DNA of 64,000 nucleotides from Myxococcota bacterium (GTDB lineage Bacteria; Myxococcota_A; SURF-8; G963663525), in assembly GCA_963676915.2 (NCBI GenBank), contig CAXXVK010000019.1, forward strand, positions 1 to 64,000. The letters are read 5' to 3'. Shown here one piece after another: positions 21,294 to 31,060 of the stretch. Numbering within the stretch: the first letter of the stretch is position 1; every line of letters begins with the position of its first letter. The notes below the pieces were generated by a model. That model ran no database searches. It was not told the DNA's origin and was given only the letters and a program-made list of their open reading frames with translations. A program made the translations under genes and the position numbers.

Positions 21294-21428
21294 ACATGGG
21301 TTTTATAAAAACCATCAAAATCCTGATTTATGTAAAAGCCACCTTTGTGACAGTTTTGTGTAGCTCCGGTGTTTTCTTGCATGAAAGCCGCGAAAAACGA
21401 CGCGGTCTTTATGGCAAGGAGACAGAAT

Positions 21429-21866
21429 ATGCGACGAATCGTGATGGGATTGGCGTTTTGGATGGTGCTGTTGCCGAGTCTTTCGGTTGTGGCTGAAGAA
21501 CCAACGGACGTGCCAGGAAAAAACACCGATGGAAACTGCGGATTGCACGGAACGCTTTTCGAAAAAGGCACTCGGCGACCTCTATCCGGGTTGACTGTGG
21601 CTCTTTATCCTGTGGGCTATTCCGCCATCACCGATGCACAAGGGGCGTTTCATTTCGATCGACTCGTAGCGGGAGAGTATCGTCTGGTTGTCCGTTCCGC
21701 CGATCATGAACGCCTTTTAACGGTTAAAACCCTGAAAAACGATCAAACGGCAGTGGTTCGGGAATACCTCGCGACGAAGCGGTACAAAACGGACTATTTT
21801 GTGAAAACGCACGTTGACAATGGCAAAGACCGGATGGCGTTCGAGTCGAAAGCCTCTTCCTGGTGA
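21429..21866 (+). CDS. Stand-alone carboxypeptidase-regulatory-like domain protein (resembles TonB-dependent receptor N-terminus)
   Basis: AAGGAG RBS; signal peptide; GTLFEKGTRRPLSG..V; TDAQGAFHF..L.AGEY. Confidence 0.75.
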   Translation: MRRIVMGLAFWMVLLPSLSVVAEEPTDVPGKNTDGNCGLHGTLFEKGTRRPLSGLTVALYPVGYSAITDAQGAFHFDRLVAGEYRLVVRSADHERLLTVKTLKNDQTAVVREYLATKRYKTDYFVKTHVDNGKDRMAFESKASSW

Positions 21867-21867
21867 G

Positions 21868-22632
21868 TTATTTTCCCGTCCATTTCGGCGGACGTTTTTC
21901 GATAAACGCCCGGATGCCTTCTTTGGAGTCCTCCGTTTGCATCAAGGCGATCAGTTCGTTTTTCAAGGCCTGAACCGCTTCGCTGAACGGAAGATCGGCG
22001 GTTTTGAAATAGGCTTTCTTGCCCAAACCGACGATTTTCGTGCTGAAACGTGTGAAACGTTGTGCGAGGGCGTCGGCTTCGTCGTCTACGGTATCGGATG
22101 GAACGCAGCGGTTGAGCCAGCCTGCTTCCAAGGCTTGAGAGGCCGAAAGCGGTTCGCCCGAAAATACGAGTTCCATTCCCTTCTTACGACCCATGTGACG
22201 GAAAATCAGGGCCATGATCATCATTGGAAACATACCGACCTTGATTTCCGGTGTTGTGAAGGTTGCTTCCTCGGAAGCGACGGCGAGATCGCAGGCCAGC
22301 ACCAGCCCGATACCACCCCCCATCGCCGGGCCTTTAATTTTGGCGACGAGGGGAAGGGCTATGGTCTGCATTTTCTCGATCAAAGCGGCGTAAGCGTCGA
22401 TTCCGGCGACCATTTCGCGTGGATCGGCGCTGCCGAGTTCGGCTCCCGAACAGAAAATCGGTCCGGCACCTGTAAGAATCGCCGAGGAAATGTTCGGGTC
22501 GTTTTCGGCGGTATCCAGAGCTTCGGAAAGCAGTCGAATCGTTTCGTTGGATAGTGCATTGCGGCGTTTCGGGCGGTTAAGGGTGATTGTCGCCACGCCA
22601 TGATTCGTTTCGTAAAGCACATCCTGGCCCAT
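21868..22632 (-). CDS. Enoyl-CoA hydratase/isomerase (crotonase) family protein
   Basis: ITLNRPKRRNALS, FCSGAEL, AMGGG.GL..ACDL, PEIKVG, EGIRAFIEKRPPKWTG. Confidence 0.93.
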   Translation of the reverse strand: MGQDVLYETNHGVATITLNRPKRRNALSNETIRLLSEALDTAENDPNISSAILTGAGPIFCSGAELGSADPREMVAGIDAYAALIEKMQTIALPLVAKIKGPAMGGGIGLVLACDLAVASEEATFTTPEIKVGMFPMMIMALIFRHMGRKKGMELVFSGEPLSASQALEAGWLNRCVPSDTVDDEADALAQRFTRFSTKIVGLGKKAYFKTADLPFSEAVQALKNELIALMQTEDSKEGIRAFIEKRPPKWTGK

Positions 22633-22676
22633 GTTGATCTCCTCGTCGTTTCGTTGCAAGAGCCTTCCGCTCTGTC

Positions 22677-22842
22677 TAGAAGCCATCCTAAAAATACACT
22701 CCTGTCGTCTTTCGGACGCTTGCGGTCGACTTCGCCGCCGGTCTCGACTTGAAAGACTCCCGGTATTCCGCGTCTCGCCAACGACGAATTCGTCTCGAAA
22801 TCACCTCGAAATCCTCGGTCGGTATTTTTAGGATGACTTCTA
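22677..22842. mobile_element. MITE (second family) with 21-bp terminal inverted repeats beginning with TA
   Basis: TAGAAGCCATCCTAAAAATAC (22677-22697) versus reverse complement of 22822-22842, TAGAAGTCATCCTAAAAATAC; 1 mismatch. Confidence 0.75.
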
Positions 22843-23325
22843 ATATGGCGGTTGGTTGCAGGTATACCAAAGCGTTGCGTCTCCGGATTCCCAAGCGATG
22901 AAGGTGCCTTGTACTGTGAAATCTTCATCCAACCAGACTTCCACTTCTTCTCCATTTATCGTGCCTGTGTAGCGTCCCCAGGGTACTACGAACGTTCCGT
23001 TTTCGATGGTGGATGAAATATTTTTCGGTGGGCTGGTGCAGTCGCAAACGTCGAAGTATCCCTCGGCAACGCAGCTTCGACTGCTGATTTCATCATCGTC
23101 GCATATACACAGGAGTTCTTCACCCTCTTCACAGCTACAGTCGCAAGGAAGGAGAGCGCCGCTATCGCTACAGGATTGTTGCCCAAAACCACCGTTTTCA
23201 CAGTAGCAGGTAACGGAACCCTCAAACGCACAGAGCGCATTGTCATCATTATCACTGCTTCCACAAGCGACGAATGCGAGCATTACAATAAACATCAGAG
23301 CAGTGACTTCGACTCTACGGATCAT
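22840..23325 (-). CDS. Small Cys-rich lipoprotein
   Basis: GAAGGAG RBS; lipobox FVAC; two C..G....C.C......G...C repeats. Stop TAG coincides with the MITE end. Confidence 0.75.
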   Translation of the reverse strand: MIRRVEVTALMFIVMLAFVACGSSDNDDNALCAFEGSVTCYCENGGFGQQSCSDSGALLPCDCSCEEGEELLCICDDDEISSRSCVAEGYFDVCDCTSPPKNISSTIENGTFVVPWGRYTGTINGEEVEVWLDEDFTVQGTFIAWESGDATLWYTCNQPPY

Positions 23326-23673
23326 TTTGGTTTCTCCTTCCCCGAATGTCCTCAATTGTGATTGTTTCATTGTTTGATTCATAGAGTAAGGGTTTTGTAG
23401 GCAAATGTCTATAAAAAGCAAAAAGGTGGGATGGGTAAGGCAATAATCTCCGATTGATCCACAATTTCCCCTTCCTGTTTTAGAAATCCTTGGGTTTTAC
23501 AAAAAGGATCGACGTTCTACGAAAATGTGACATCTCATTCATTTTCGCGAATCTTTCCGAAAAGTTGTTGAGCCTGATGTCGGTTTGGAGGTACAGTGGT
23601 CCATGTTCCGAAAAGAGACGAACGTTCCAATCCGGATGCCATGTGCGTGCGTCCAAAGAACACAGGAGGAGCG

Positions 23674-24198
23674 ATGAATCGGTTCCTGATCGCCAAACAG
23701 GCGAAAGTCGTAACGTCCCAGGTGTCTTTGCTGGCGTTGGGTGCGACATTTGAGTTGGCCAGCCGCTACGTAGAGGCGATGCAAAAAGAAATCGCCGATT
23801 GGGAGGAAGGACGGCGCGTTGCAATCGGTGTGCTGCCGCACGGGCCGTATATCACCATTCGCAAGACGGGCGATTGTATCGAATGCCTGGGGTTGGGGAG
23901 CAAAGAGCCGGAGCTTTCGATCCTTTTCAAAAATCTCGATTCCGCCGTGATGCTCTTCACCGGTCAGTTGGGGGCACCCAAGGCGGTGGCAGAGAACCGC
24001 GTGATCATTCAGGGAGACAACGGTCAGGCCATGCAGGTCACGCGTGCCATGGCGATTGTGCAAACCTATCTGTTTCCCGGTCTGATTCTCAACAAGACGT
24101 TTAAACGCCCCCCGAAACTCACGTTGCCGCAATTGGCGACGAAGGCGAAGATCATGGCCCTGCTCACGCCGGGATTGATCGGCAATGCGATGAAATAA
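23674..24198 (+). CDS. SCP2-like (sterol carrier/lipid-binding fold) hypothetical protein
   Basis: AGGAGG RBS; ELSILFKNLDSA..LFTGQ...AVAENRVIIQGD resembles SCP2 domains; co-oriented with Fe-ADH. Confidence 0.65.
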   Translation: MNRFLIAKQAKVVTSQVSLLALGATFELASRYVEAMQKEIADWEEGRRVAIGVLPHGPYITIRKTGDCIECLGLGSKEPELSILFKNLDSAVMLFTGQLGAPKAVAENRVIIQGDNGQAMQVTRAMAIVQTYLFPGLILNKTFKRPPKLTLPQLATKAKIMALLTPGLIGNAMK

Positions 24199-24229
24199 TG
24201 AAGCTTTTATATAATTCAAGGAGATCGAT

Positions 24230-25408
24230 ATGAAACCGGATTATTACGAGTTTTTCTGCCCTGTCAAAATCCTGAGCGGTCGTAAGGCGCTGGCCAATCT
24301 TCCGCACGAATTGACGCAGCTTGGTTCGAAACATCCCTTGATCATCACGGATAAAGGGGTTGCCGGAGCCAAACTCCTGGATAAGGTACAAGCTGCCCTG
24401 ACCGAGGGAGATATGCCCGTAGGAGCCATTTACGATGACGTACCGCCCGATTCCGGCAACCGTGTCGTCAACGAGGTTGCACGGCTGTATCAGGACAAAG
24501 GTTGTGACAGCATTGTGGCCGTGGGTGGCGGCAGTGTGATCGATACGGCCAAGGGCGTCAATATCGTCGTGTCCGAAGGGACTGATGATCTGCTCAAGTT
24601 TCAAGGTGTGGATCGCATCAAAGCTACGATGCAGCCTTTCGTCGTGATTCCCACCACGGCGGGTACGGGGTCCGAGGCTACGGCGGCGGCGGTGATTGCC
24701 AACCAGGAAAAGGGAATGAAAATGGCGTTGGTGTCCAATCGCCTGTATCCCCACGTCGCGTTGATCGATCCGGTGATGATGTTGACGATGCCGGCGAAAA
24801 TCACGGCAGCGACCGGTATGGATGCCCTGACCCATGCCTGTGAAGCATTCTACTGCTTGCAGAAAAATCCGGTGTCGGATGCTTTCGCCGCCTCGGCGAT
24901 TCGTTTGATTCGAGACAATCTGGTCGAGGCGACCCGCAACGGCGAGAACGAAGACGCACGTATCGCCATGGCCGACGCTGCGTTGCTGGCGGGTATAGCG
25001 TTTTCCAATTCGATGGTGGGAGCGGTGCACTCCATGGCTCACGCGTGTGGCGGTGTGGCTCATGTGCCGCACGGAGTGGCCAATAGCATCCTGTTGCCGT
25101 TCGGTATCGAATACAACATGGAGACAGTTCCCGAATACTTGGCGGAAATCGCTGAGATGCTCGTGCCGGATCTCGATCCCAAACTCAGTGTGAAAGAAAA
25201 AGCGCAAAAAGCCGCCGGTGGCGTTCGTGCGTTGAGCACCCAATTGGCCGGAATTTCAGGTCTGCCTCAAACGTTGAGCGAAGCGGGTGTGAAAGAAGAT
25301 CAACTCGAAGCCATTGCCAAACTGGCCATCGATGACGGTTCGTTGACCTACAACCCGGCAGAAGCGACGTTCGAGGAAGTCCTTGCAGTGCTGAAAAAGG
25401 CTTTTTAG
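24230..25408 (+). CDS. Iron-containing alcohol dehydrogenase
   Basis: AVGGGSVIDTAK, IPTTAGTGSE, GMDALTHACE, HSMAH, HG.AN. Confidence 0.95.
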   Translation: MKPDYYEFFCPVKILSGRKALANLPHELTQLGSKHPLIITDKGVAGAKLLDKVQAALTEGDMPVGAIYDDVPPDSGNRVVNEVARLYQDKGCDSIVAVGGGSVIDTAKGVNIVVSEGTDDLLKFQGVDRIKATMQPFVVIPTTAGTGSEATAAAVIANQEKGMKMALVSNRLYPHVALIDPVMMLTMPAKITAATGMDALTHACEAFYCLQKNPVSDAFAASAIRLIRDNLVEATRNGENEDARIAMADAALLAGIAFSNSMVGAVHSMAHACGGVAHVPHGVANSILLPFGIEYNMETVPEYLAEIAEMLVPDLDPKLSVKEKAQKAAGGVRALSTQLAGISGLPQTLSEAGVKEDQLEAIAKLAIDDGSLTYNPAEATFEEVLAVLKKAF

Positions 25409-25435
25409 TTCGGAAGGTTATAAAGCAGTCGTGTG

Positions 25436-25464
25436 AAAAGGCGGGAAATATTCCCGCCTTTTTT
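25436..25464 (+). terminator. Rho-independent terminator (possibly bidirectional)
   Basis: AAAAGGCGGGAA-ATA-TTCCCGCCTTTTTT. Confidence 0.85.
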
Positions 25465-25477
25465 CGTGTAAGTTTTC

Positions 25478-25695
25478 GTAGGTCGGGCAAATTTCTTGCC
25501 CGACAATACTAAAAATTAGCCCGACTGAGATGGAGCAGGATTGCATCCTGCTCCTCACGTTTTGAATTGCTCACTTGTTGCTATACTACCCATTTGTTAG
25601 CGAGGTGTTAAAGTCATGAACGTTTGGACCAGGATACAATCCTGCTCCATCGTTGGGAAAACATCCATCTTGTCGGGTGAAATCACCCGACCTAC
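25478..25695. repeat. Nested REP pairs (REPIN-like): outer GTAG-type pair, inner GATG-type pair
   Basis: Outer: GTAGGTCGGGCAAATTTCTTGCCCGACA (25478-25505) and an inverted variant at 25671-25695. Inner: GATGGAGCAGGATTGCATCCTGCTCC (25529-25554) and an inverted variant at 25626-25651. Confidence 0.8.
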
Positions 25696-25705
25696 GAGAA
25701 AAGAC

Positions 25706-25740
25706 AAAAAAAGACGCGATCCGCATTTGGACCGCGCCTT
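25706..25740 (-). terminator. Terminator of rplM-rpsI
   Basis: Minus strand AGGCGCGGTCC-AAATGC-GGATCGCGTCT followed by a T run. Confidence 0.8.
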
Positions 25741-25766
25741 GAATTCCTGAAAGAATTTCCGTGGGT

Positions 25767-26156
25767 TTACCGCTTGGAGAACTGGAAGCGGCGACGGGCA
25801 CCACGAAGACCGTATTTTTTCCGTTCCTTGACCCGAGCGTCGCGGGTGAGGAATCCGGCTTTTTTCAGAGCAGAGCGCAGTTCGGGGTTTTGCAGCAACA
25901 GCGCACGGGAAATTCCGTGGCGAATCGCTTCGGCCTGGCCGGTGATGCCGCCGCCTTTGGCGTTGACCATCACGTCGAACTGTCCTTGGGTCTGAGTAAT
26001 TTCAAAGGGCTGGCGCATGATTATGCTCAGGCCCGCATGATTGAAATAATTTTTGTCGTCAACGCCATTGACATTGATGACACCGGTTCCCGCTGTCAAA
26101 TAGACACGACATACGGCAGATTTTCTACGTCCTACAGCATGAAAGGTCTGGCTCAT
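25767..26156 (-). CDS. rpsI: 30S ribosomal protein S9
   Basis: [40 protein letters not shown]. Confidence 0.99.
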   Translation of the reverse strand: MSQTFHAVGRRKSAVCRVYLTAGTGVINVNGVDDKNYFNHAGLSIIMRQPFEITQTQGQFDVMVNAKGGGITGQAEAIRHGISRALLLQNPELRSALKKAGFLTRDARVKERKKYGLRGARRRFQFSKR

Positions 26157-26175
26157 CGAAAATTCCTCCTGCCGA

Positions 26176-26610
26176 TCAATCGTTCAGTTCGAGAACTTTG
26201 GGTTGCTGGGCCTGATGCGGATGCTCTGATCCGGCGAAAACCCGAAGTTTTTTCAATTGCTTGCGACCAAGAATCCCCTTGGGAAGCATTCCGCGTACGG
26301 CGTGCTTGATGACCGCGCCCGGATCTTTTTGGAGCAGTTTTTCAAGCGAGATCTCTTTCAAACCACCCATGTATCCGGTGTAGTGATAGTATTTTTTCTG
26401 GATCAGCTTGTTGCCGGTGACGCGGATTTTATCGGCATTGACGGCAACTACGAAATCGCCGGTGTCCACATGGGGCGTGAACGTCGGTTTGTTTTTTCCT
26501 CTTAATACCATGGCGATTTGGCTGGCGACACGACCGAGGGTTTTCCCTTCGAGATCGACGACATACCATTCGCGTTCCACTTCGCCGGGTTTGGCGCTAT
26601 AAGTCTTCAA
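26176..26610 (-). CDS. rplM: 50S ribosomal protein L13
   Basis: [46 protein letters not shown] start after a GGAGG RBS. Confidence 0.98.
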   Translation of the reverse strand: MKTYSAKPGEVEREWYVVDLEGKTLGRVASQIAMVLRGKNKPTFTPHVDTGDFVVAVNADKIRVTGNKLIQKKYYHYTGYMGGLKEISLEKLLQKDPGAVIKHAVRGMLPKGILGRKQLKKLRVFAGSEHPHQAQQPKVLELND

Positions 26611-26679
26611 GATAACCTCCTTCATTACCGTGACGCAACCTCGGCGTTCGAATCGCCCGGTCACGCTTCGAGAGGGCAT

Positions 26680-26708
26680 TTATTACAGGAAGGCTCTTTT
26701 TCTGTCAA
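26680..26708 (-). promoter_or_regulatory. sigma70 promoter of rplM-rpsI
   Basis: TTGACA-17 nt-TAATAA. Confidence 0.65.
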
Positions 26709-26831
26709 GCCTTTTGTCATTATTTATCCATAACTTTCGAAGATTTCCGCTCCTTTTTCCTTCTCTTCGAAGCCAACGGGTCAAAAGAGACGAAAAAGGC
26801 TCGAAAACTTTCGTATTTCTCCCGGTTCCGT

Positions 26832-28835
26832 TTACCAAGATGGCAGCACTTCCATTTTGTCTTTGCTGCCGAAAATCGAACAGGCGCTACGGAATTGACC
26901 GGTACAAAGGCCGAAATTCGTGGGGTTCAAGTCGCCCACTTCCTCACCCATCATTTTGATTTTCGTGCCTTGGAAAAACAGCCGTGTAGGCTCGGTCGGT
27001 TGATCCTCTTCTTCGCCTTTCATACGTACGAAAGCTCGAGGATTGGTCAGCACCCAGGTCAGGCTTTCCGGCTCCAGGTATTCGAAATCATAGTTGTCGT
27101 TGAACGGAATCGGGAATTCTTTCCATTCGCCGTCCGGCATTTCATCGTCTTTTACGCGGCGCATGTAAGGACGCGGAAATTCGATGTAAATTTCATTGCG
27201 TTCCGGTTCGAAGCGCAACGAGCAGAGCATGGCATACGATCCCGAGCAGAGGTACAATTCGCCAGTCGAGGACAACTCGCCCACATCGTCTCCATCGAAC
27301 TGCAATACGCCCGAACCGGATACGGGATCGAGCGCCAAAGCGTTGGTGAATTCCGCATCGCTACGAATGATCACACGAACCATGGTTTGACCGTTTTGAG
27401 AAGCGGTCTGGGCGCGGTAATAGGATTCGTTGGGTCCGAAAAGCTGGGCTTCGGCCCAGGAAATCGTCGGTTCGGGATCGGGCTCGGGGATGATATCCTC
27501 TTCTTCTTCGGTAGGATCTTCCACCGGATCGGGTTCGTCGACCGGGGTTTCGTCTTCGATCACGCCATCCTCGTTTTCGGGGGGCAGTTCCGTTTCGTCG
27601 GGCACGTCCGGCGGCATTTCGTCTTCGGCTTCCTCATTGTTGACAACACCGGTTTCCAGTAGGTCTTCCCGGATTTCCACATCCATGATCAGCGGTTGAG
27701 ACAGGTAGTATCCGAACGTCCAATGCTGCACCCAGGCCAGCGTCATGCAACTGTAGCCGTTAACGCCCCAGCCCGTGCCCCAGGAATTCTTGATGATGAA
27801 GCACATGCCGCCTTCTTCGGGCATGTTAGGCAGCTTTTTGTAGCCGACGATCAGGTAAGCATGTCCCGGAGCGTGGCTGGTGTCGCCGGACTGGTCCGAG
27901 TCCGCCAGGGTGATCAGGCCGCTGTTGCGCTCCCAGTTTCCGCTGAGCGGACTTGCGTAAGGCACCGGAAGCTTTTCGCTTTCGAGTCGATCGACGATTT
28001 CCTGCGGCGTCGTGGCGTACTCCAGGCCGAGGATGCGTACCGCACCGTTGGAACAGCTCGAAATCTGTGGCGACTGCACATCGTTGTCGCCCAGCGAGGC
28101 GTTGTACGGGCAGTCGGTTTCCGTGGGAATATCCAGGTCGTTATTGCCGGAACTCGCGCTGAACCCGGTTCCATACCAAGAACCTTGTTCGTCGGTCGTG
28201 CATCCCGTTTCCTGGCAGTCGGGCTTGCTCATCCAGTAAAAACGTTGCTCGGATAGATCGATCGTTCCCAACTCCGGGTATTTGCCGAGCACGGTGTATT
28301 CCAGATGTCCAATGCCGGTGAAGGCGGCGCAGGTTCCGCGATATCCTTGATTTCGCACGGGAATCGCATCGAGATTGTCGATGTAGAACTCCTCCTGCAA
28401 GGAGTCCAAATCTACGTTGTCGCTGGAATCCTTGCGAACCATCGTTCCCGCTTTGGCGGTAGCGGCCCATTCTTCGAAAGAAAACCGCACGTATTTATCG
28501 GGATCGAGGTTTTTACGCGGAATGACGGTCTTTTTGAGGAGTTTGATCGTTTCCTCACCAGGGGCGGCGCGTTCCGTGTCGATGTCTTCCGAGAGGATTT
28601 TTTTTCGTGCCGAGCCGGTGGCTTGCGCGTCGTCGATGGCCCAGTCCATGACTTTTTTAATCGATTCCACATCGGTTTTCGGAGCGCTGGCAAAATCTTT
28701 GCGTATGTAATCGAACGCGCTTTCGCCGGTCAATTCCACTTCGCCGTCATCGGCGCAGCCCCAAGCCGTAATGAGGATCAATCCCAGAAAAATAAAAGAC
28801 AACGGGATAATTCCCCCGAAATAACGCTGTTTCAT
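26832..28835 (-). CDS. Papain-like (C1 family) cysteine peptidase lipoprotein with acidic linker and duplicated C-terminal domain
   Basis: Lipobox AWGC; VRNQGYRGTCAAF (catalytic Cys), DLSEQ, GHAYLIVGY (His), IKNSWGTGWG (Asn). Confidence 0.9.
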   Translation of the reverse strand: MKQRYFGGIIPLSFIFLGLILITAWGCADDGEVELTGESAFDYIRKDFASAPKTDVESIKKVMDWAIDDAQATGSARKKILSEDIDTERAAPGEETIKLLKKTVIPRKNLDPDKYVRFSFEEWAATAKAGTMVRKDSSDNVDLDSLQEEFYIDNLDAIPVRNQGYRGTCAAFTGIGHLEYTVLGKYPELGTIDLSEQRFYWMSKPDCQETGCTTDEQGSWYGTGFSASSGNNDLDIPTETDCPYNASLGDNDVQSPQISSCSNGAVRILGLEYATTPQEIVDRLESEKLPVPYASPLSGNWERNSGLITLADSDQSGDTSHAPGHAYLIVGYKKLPNMPEEGGMCFIIKNSWGTGWGVNGYSCMTLAWVQHWTFGYYLSQPLIMDVEIREDLLETGVVNNEEAEDEMPPDVPDETELPPENEDGVIEDETPVDEPDPVEDPTEEEEDIIPEPDPEPTISWAEAQLFGPNESYYRAQTASQNGQTMVRVIIRSDAEFTNALALDPVSGSGVLQFDGDDVGELSSTGELYLCSGSYAMLCSLRFEPERNEIYIEFPRPYMRRVKDDEMPDGEWKEFPIPFNDNYDFEYLEPESLTWVLTNPRAFVRMKGEEEDQPTEPTRLFFQGTKIKMMGEEVGDLNPTNFGLCTGQFRSACSIFGSKDKMEVLPSW

Positions 28836-29074
28836 TCGTTTTCTCCCTGATTTGTCTATTCATTGGTGAAACATACGGACGTATTCAATGATACTGTTAC
28901 GGATTGGAAATGCAACCTCGGAGCTTCTATAAATGCATTTTCATCCCCAAATGGGTGTGAATTTTTTTGTAGGAAAACATCCTATTCCTGTTTCTTGCAT
29001 TTTCGGAGCAACAATTGCTAGTATTCATTATCAAAACAGATAATGTTCTGATTCCAGATGGTTACGTGAAATAT

Positions 29075-29106
29075 GATGGGGCAGGATTGTATCCTGCCCC
29101 CAAACG
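29075..29106 (+). repeat. GATG-type REP copy
   Basis: GATGGGGCAGGATTGTATCCTGCCCCCAAACG, same family as 25529 and 25626, with a compensatory stem change. Confidence 0.75.
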
Positions 29107-29344
29107 TTTCGATTCAGGTTGAAAACCTGAACCAACGGATTTCGTGCGAGAAGTGCCATTTTCCCACATCTCATTCACACCCTCCCCAAATGTTCATTTG
29201 CGAAAAAAGAAAAACCCGGTTTCGTGGATCATTGGAACCGCAAAACCGGGCGCACCAATTGTCGAACGAGAGTCTTGTTCGACCTCACCGAACGGAGGAT
29301 GGAACCTGTCCATCACATCCTATGGTAAACGTTGCTTAAAAAGA

Positions 29345-29743
29345 TCAGGAAACCTTGGTTACGACCTCGAATTCCGGAGGATCGAGAATGGTTTTCTTCA
29401 CGGCGCACTGGTCGGCGACGCGAACGAGGGCCGAATGGTATTTTTCGGGAAATTCCGGCGGTACCTGAATCTCGATCTGGATTTTTTCGAGCCGGGTGCC
29501 TTTCTCGTTCCATGCCATCTTCTGGATGAGTCGTACGCCCTCGGTTGGGATCTGCCGAGCTTCCATGAAACGAAGCACGTAAATTCCGGCGCAGGTGCCG
29601 ATAGACCCAAGAAAATGCATGTAGGGTTCCGGGGCGCTGCCTTCACCACCGCTTTTCACCGACTGGTCCGTCTCGATGACCGTATCCTGAAACGTCGCAT
29701 TGATTTTCGCGCCGCCTAAAAACTCGATAATCATTTCCATCAT
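29345..29743 (-). CDS. OsmC/YcaO-associated OsmC-like protein
   Basis: TDQS...[18 protein letters not shown]; [17 protein letters not shown]. Confidence 0.9.
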   Translation of the reverse strand: MMEMIIEFLGGAKINATFQDTVIETDQSVKSGGEGSAPEPYMHFLGSIGTCAGIYVLRFMEARQIPTEGVRLIQKMAWNEKGTRLEKIQIEIQVPPEFPEKYHSALVRVADQCAVKKTILDPPEFEVVTKVS

Positions 29744-29911
29744 GTCAGCCTTCCTTTCTCTTTTCCCTTTAGCCTTTCGGTCATAGAACCGAAAAAATTT
29801 TATTTTCACTCTTTTCGAACCACCTTGAAGCGAAACGGTTGCGAAAAAAATGAAATTGCGCAAGGATTCGCTATTGTATGGATTCGATCCGAAAATCAAA
29901 GGAGTTTATTT

Positions 29912-30880
29912 ATGTTTCCTACCCATCGCCCAAGACGACTGAGGGAACATCCCCTGATGCGGGAATTTGTTCGTGAAACACGGCCTCGGCCCGAAGACTT
30001 CGTGTATCCGGTTTTCGTTAAAGAAAATCTGAAAGGTAAAGAGCCTATCGATGCCATGCCCGGACAATTTCGCCACGGCATCGACTCTCTGCTTCAGTGT
30101 CTCGACGAGGCGGTGGAAGCCGGAGTCAAAGCGACGATCCTTTTCGGAATTCCCGACCAAAAGGACGAGCAGGGCAGGGGGGCATGGGAAGAGGACGGCA
30201 TCGTTCAGCAAGCCTTGAAAGCCTTGAAAAAACGAGACTTTCCCCTGTTGCTGATGGCCGATACCTGCTTGTGTGAATATACCTCGCACGGCCATTGCGG
30301 CGTGGTTCATGAAGGTAGGGTGCTCAATGACCCATCGTTGCAACTCCTGGCGCGCACGGCGTTGTCTCAGGCGCAGGCCGGGGCGGATGTGATTGCGCCC
30401 AGCGACATGATGGACGGCAGGATTGCCGCGATTCGGGCGATTCTCGACGAAAACGGCTTCGATTTCCTCCCCATCATTTCCTATGCCGTAAAATATGCCA
30501 GTGCGTATTACGGACCGTTTCGTGAGGCTGCCGGGTCGGCTCCCCAGTTCGGCGATCGTCAAGGCTACCAGATGGACCCCGCCAACGCTCGGGAAGGTCT
30601 GCGGGAAGCGGCTTTCGATGTCGAAGAAGGCGCGGACGTGTTGATGGTCAAGCCTGCTCTGGCCTATTTGGACGTGCTTCATTCCTTACGTGAGCGTTTC
30701 GATGTACCGTTGGCGGCCTACAATGTCAGTGGCGAGTACGCGATGATCGAGTTCGCGGCGAAGGCCGGAGCGATTGACCGGGAACGTGTGGCCCGTGAAA
30801 CGCTGCTTTCGATTCGTAGAGCCGGAGCGGATATGATCTTCACCTATCATGCGCCGGAAGCGGTGAAGTGGTTCAAGTGA
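29912..30880 (+). CDS. hemB: Porphobilinogen synthase (Zn-type ALAD)
   Basis: [44 protein letters not shown]. Confidence 0.98.
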   Translation: MFPTHRPRRLREHPLMREFVRETRPRPEDFVYPVFVKENLKGKEPIDAMPGQFRHGIDSLLQCLDEAVEAGVKATILFGIPDQKDEQGRGAWEEDGIVQQALKALKKRDFPLLLMADTCLCEYTSHGHCGVVHEGRVLNDPSLQLLARTALSQAQAGADVIAPSDMMDGRIAAIRAILDENGFDFLPIISYAVKYASAYYGPFREAAGSAPQFGDRQGYQMDPANAREGLREAAFDVEEGADVLMVKPALAYLDVLHSLRERFDVPLAAYNVSGEYAMIEFAAKAGAIDRERVARETLLSIRRAGADMIFTYHAPEAVKWFK

Positions 30881-31060
30881 CGAAGGTTGCCCGAATTTGA
30901 AAAAATAGGTGCACCAAACTTTTGTCGCCGAAATGGTTGAACATGCAGTTTTCGTGAGCAATTTAGTTAAATAGAACGGATGTTATGGGTTTGAAATTTT
31001 TTGGTGACGAATTGTGCAAAACCTTTAGAAATTAAAGAGAAATCGAATAGGAGTTCTAAA

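Noticed and set aside
25478-25695. CRISPR array
   Set aside because: Units are inverted pairs from two families, not direct repeats with regular spacers; no cas genes.
30900-31060. Cobalamin riboswitch upstream of the adenosyltransferase (AATAGGTGC...GTTAAATAG)
   Set aside because: No GGGAA-x-GGTG, GCCACTG or AGYCAGRAGAC core elements.
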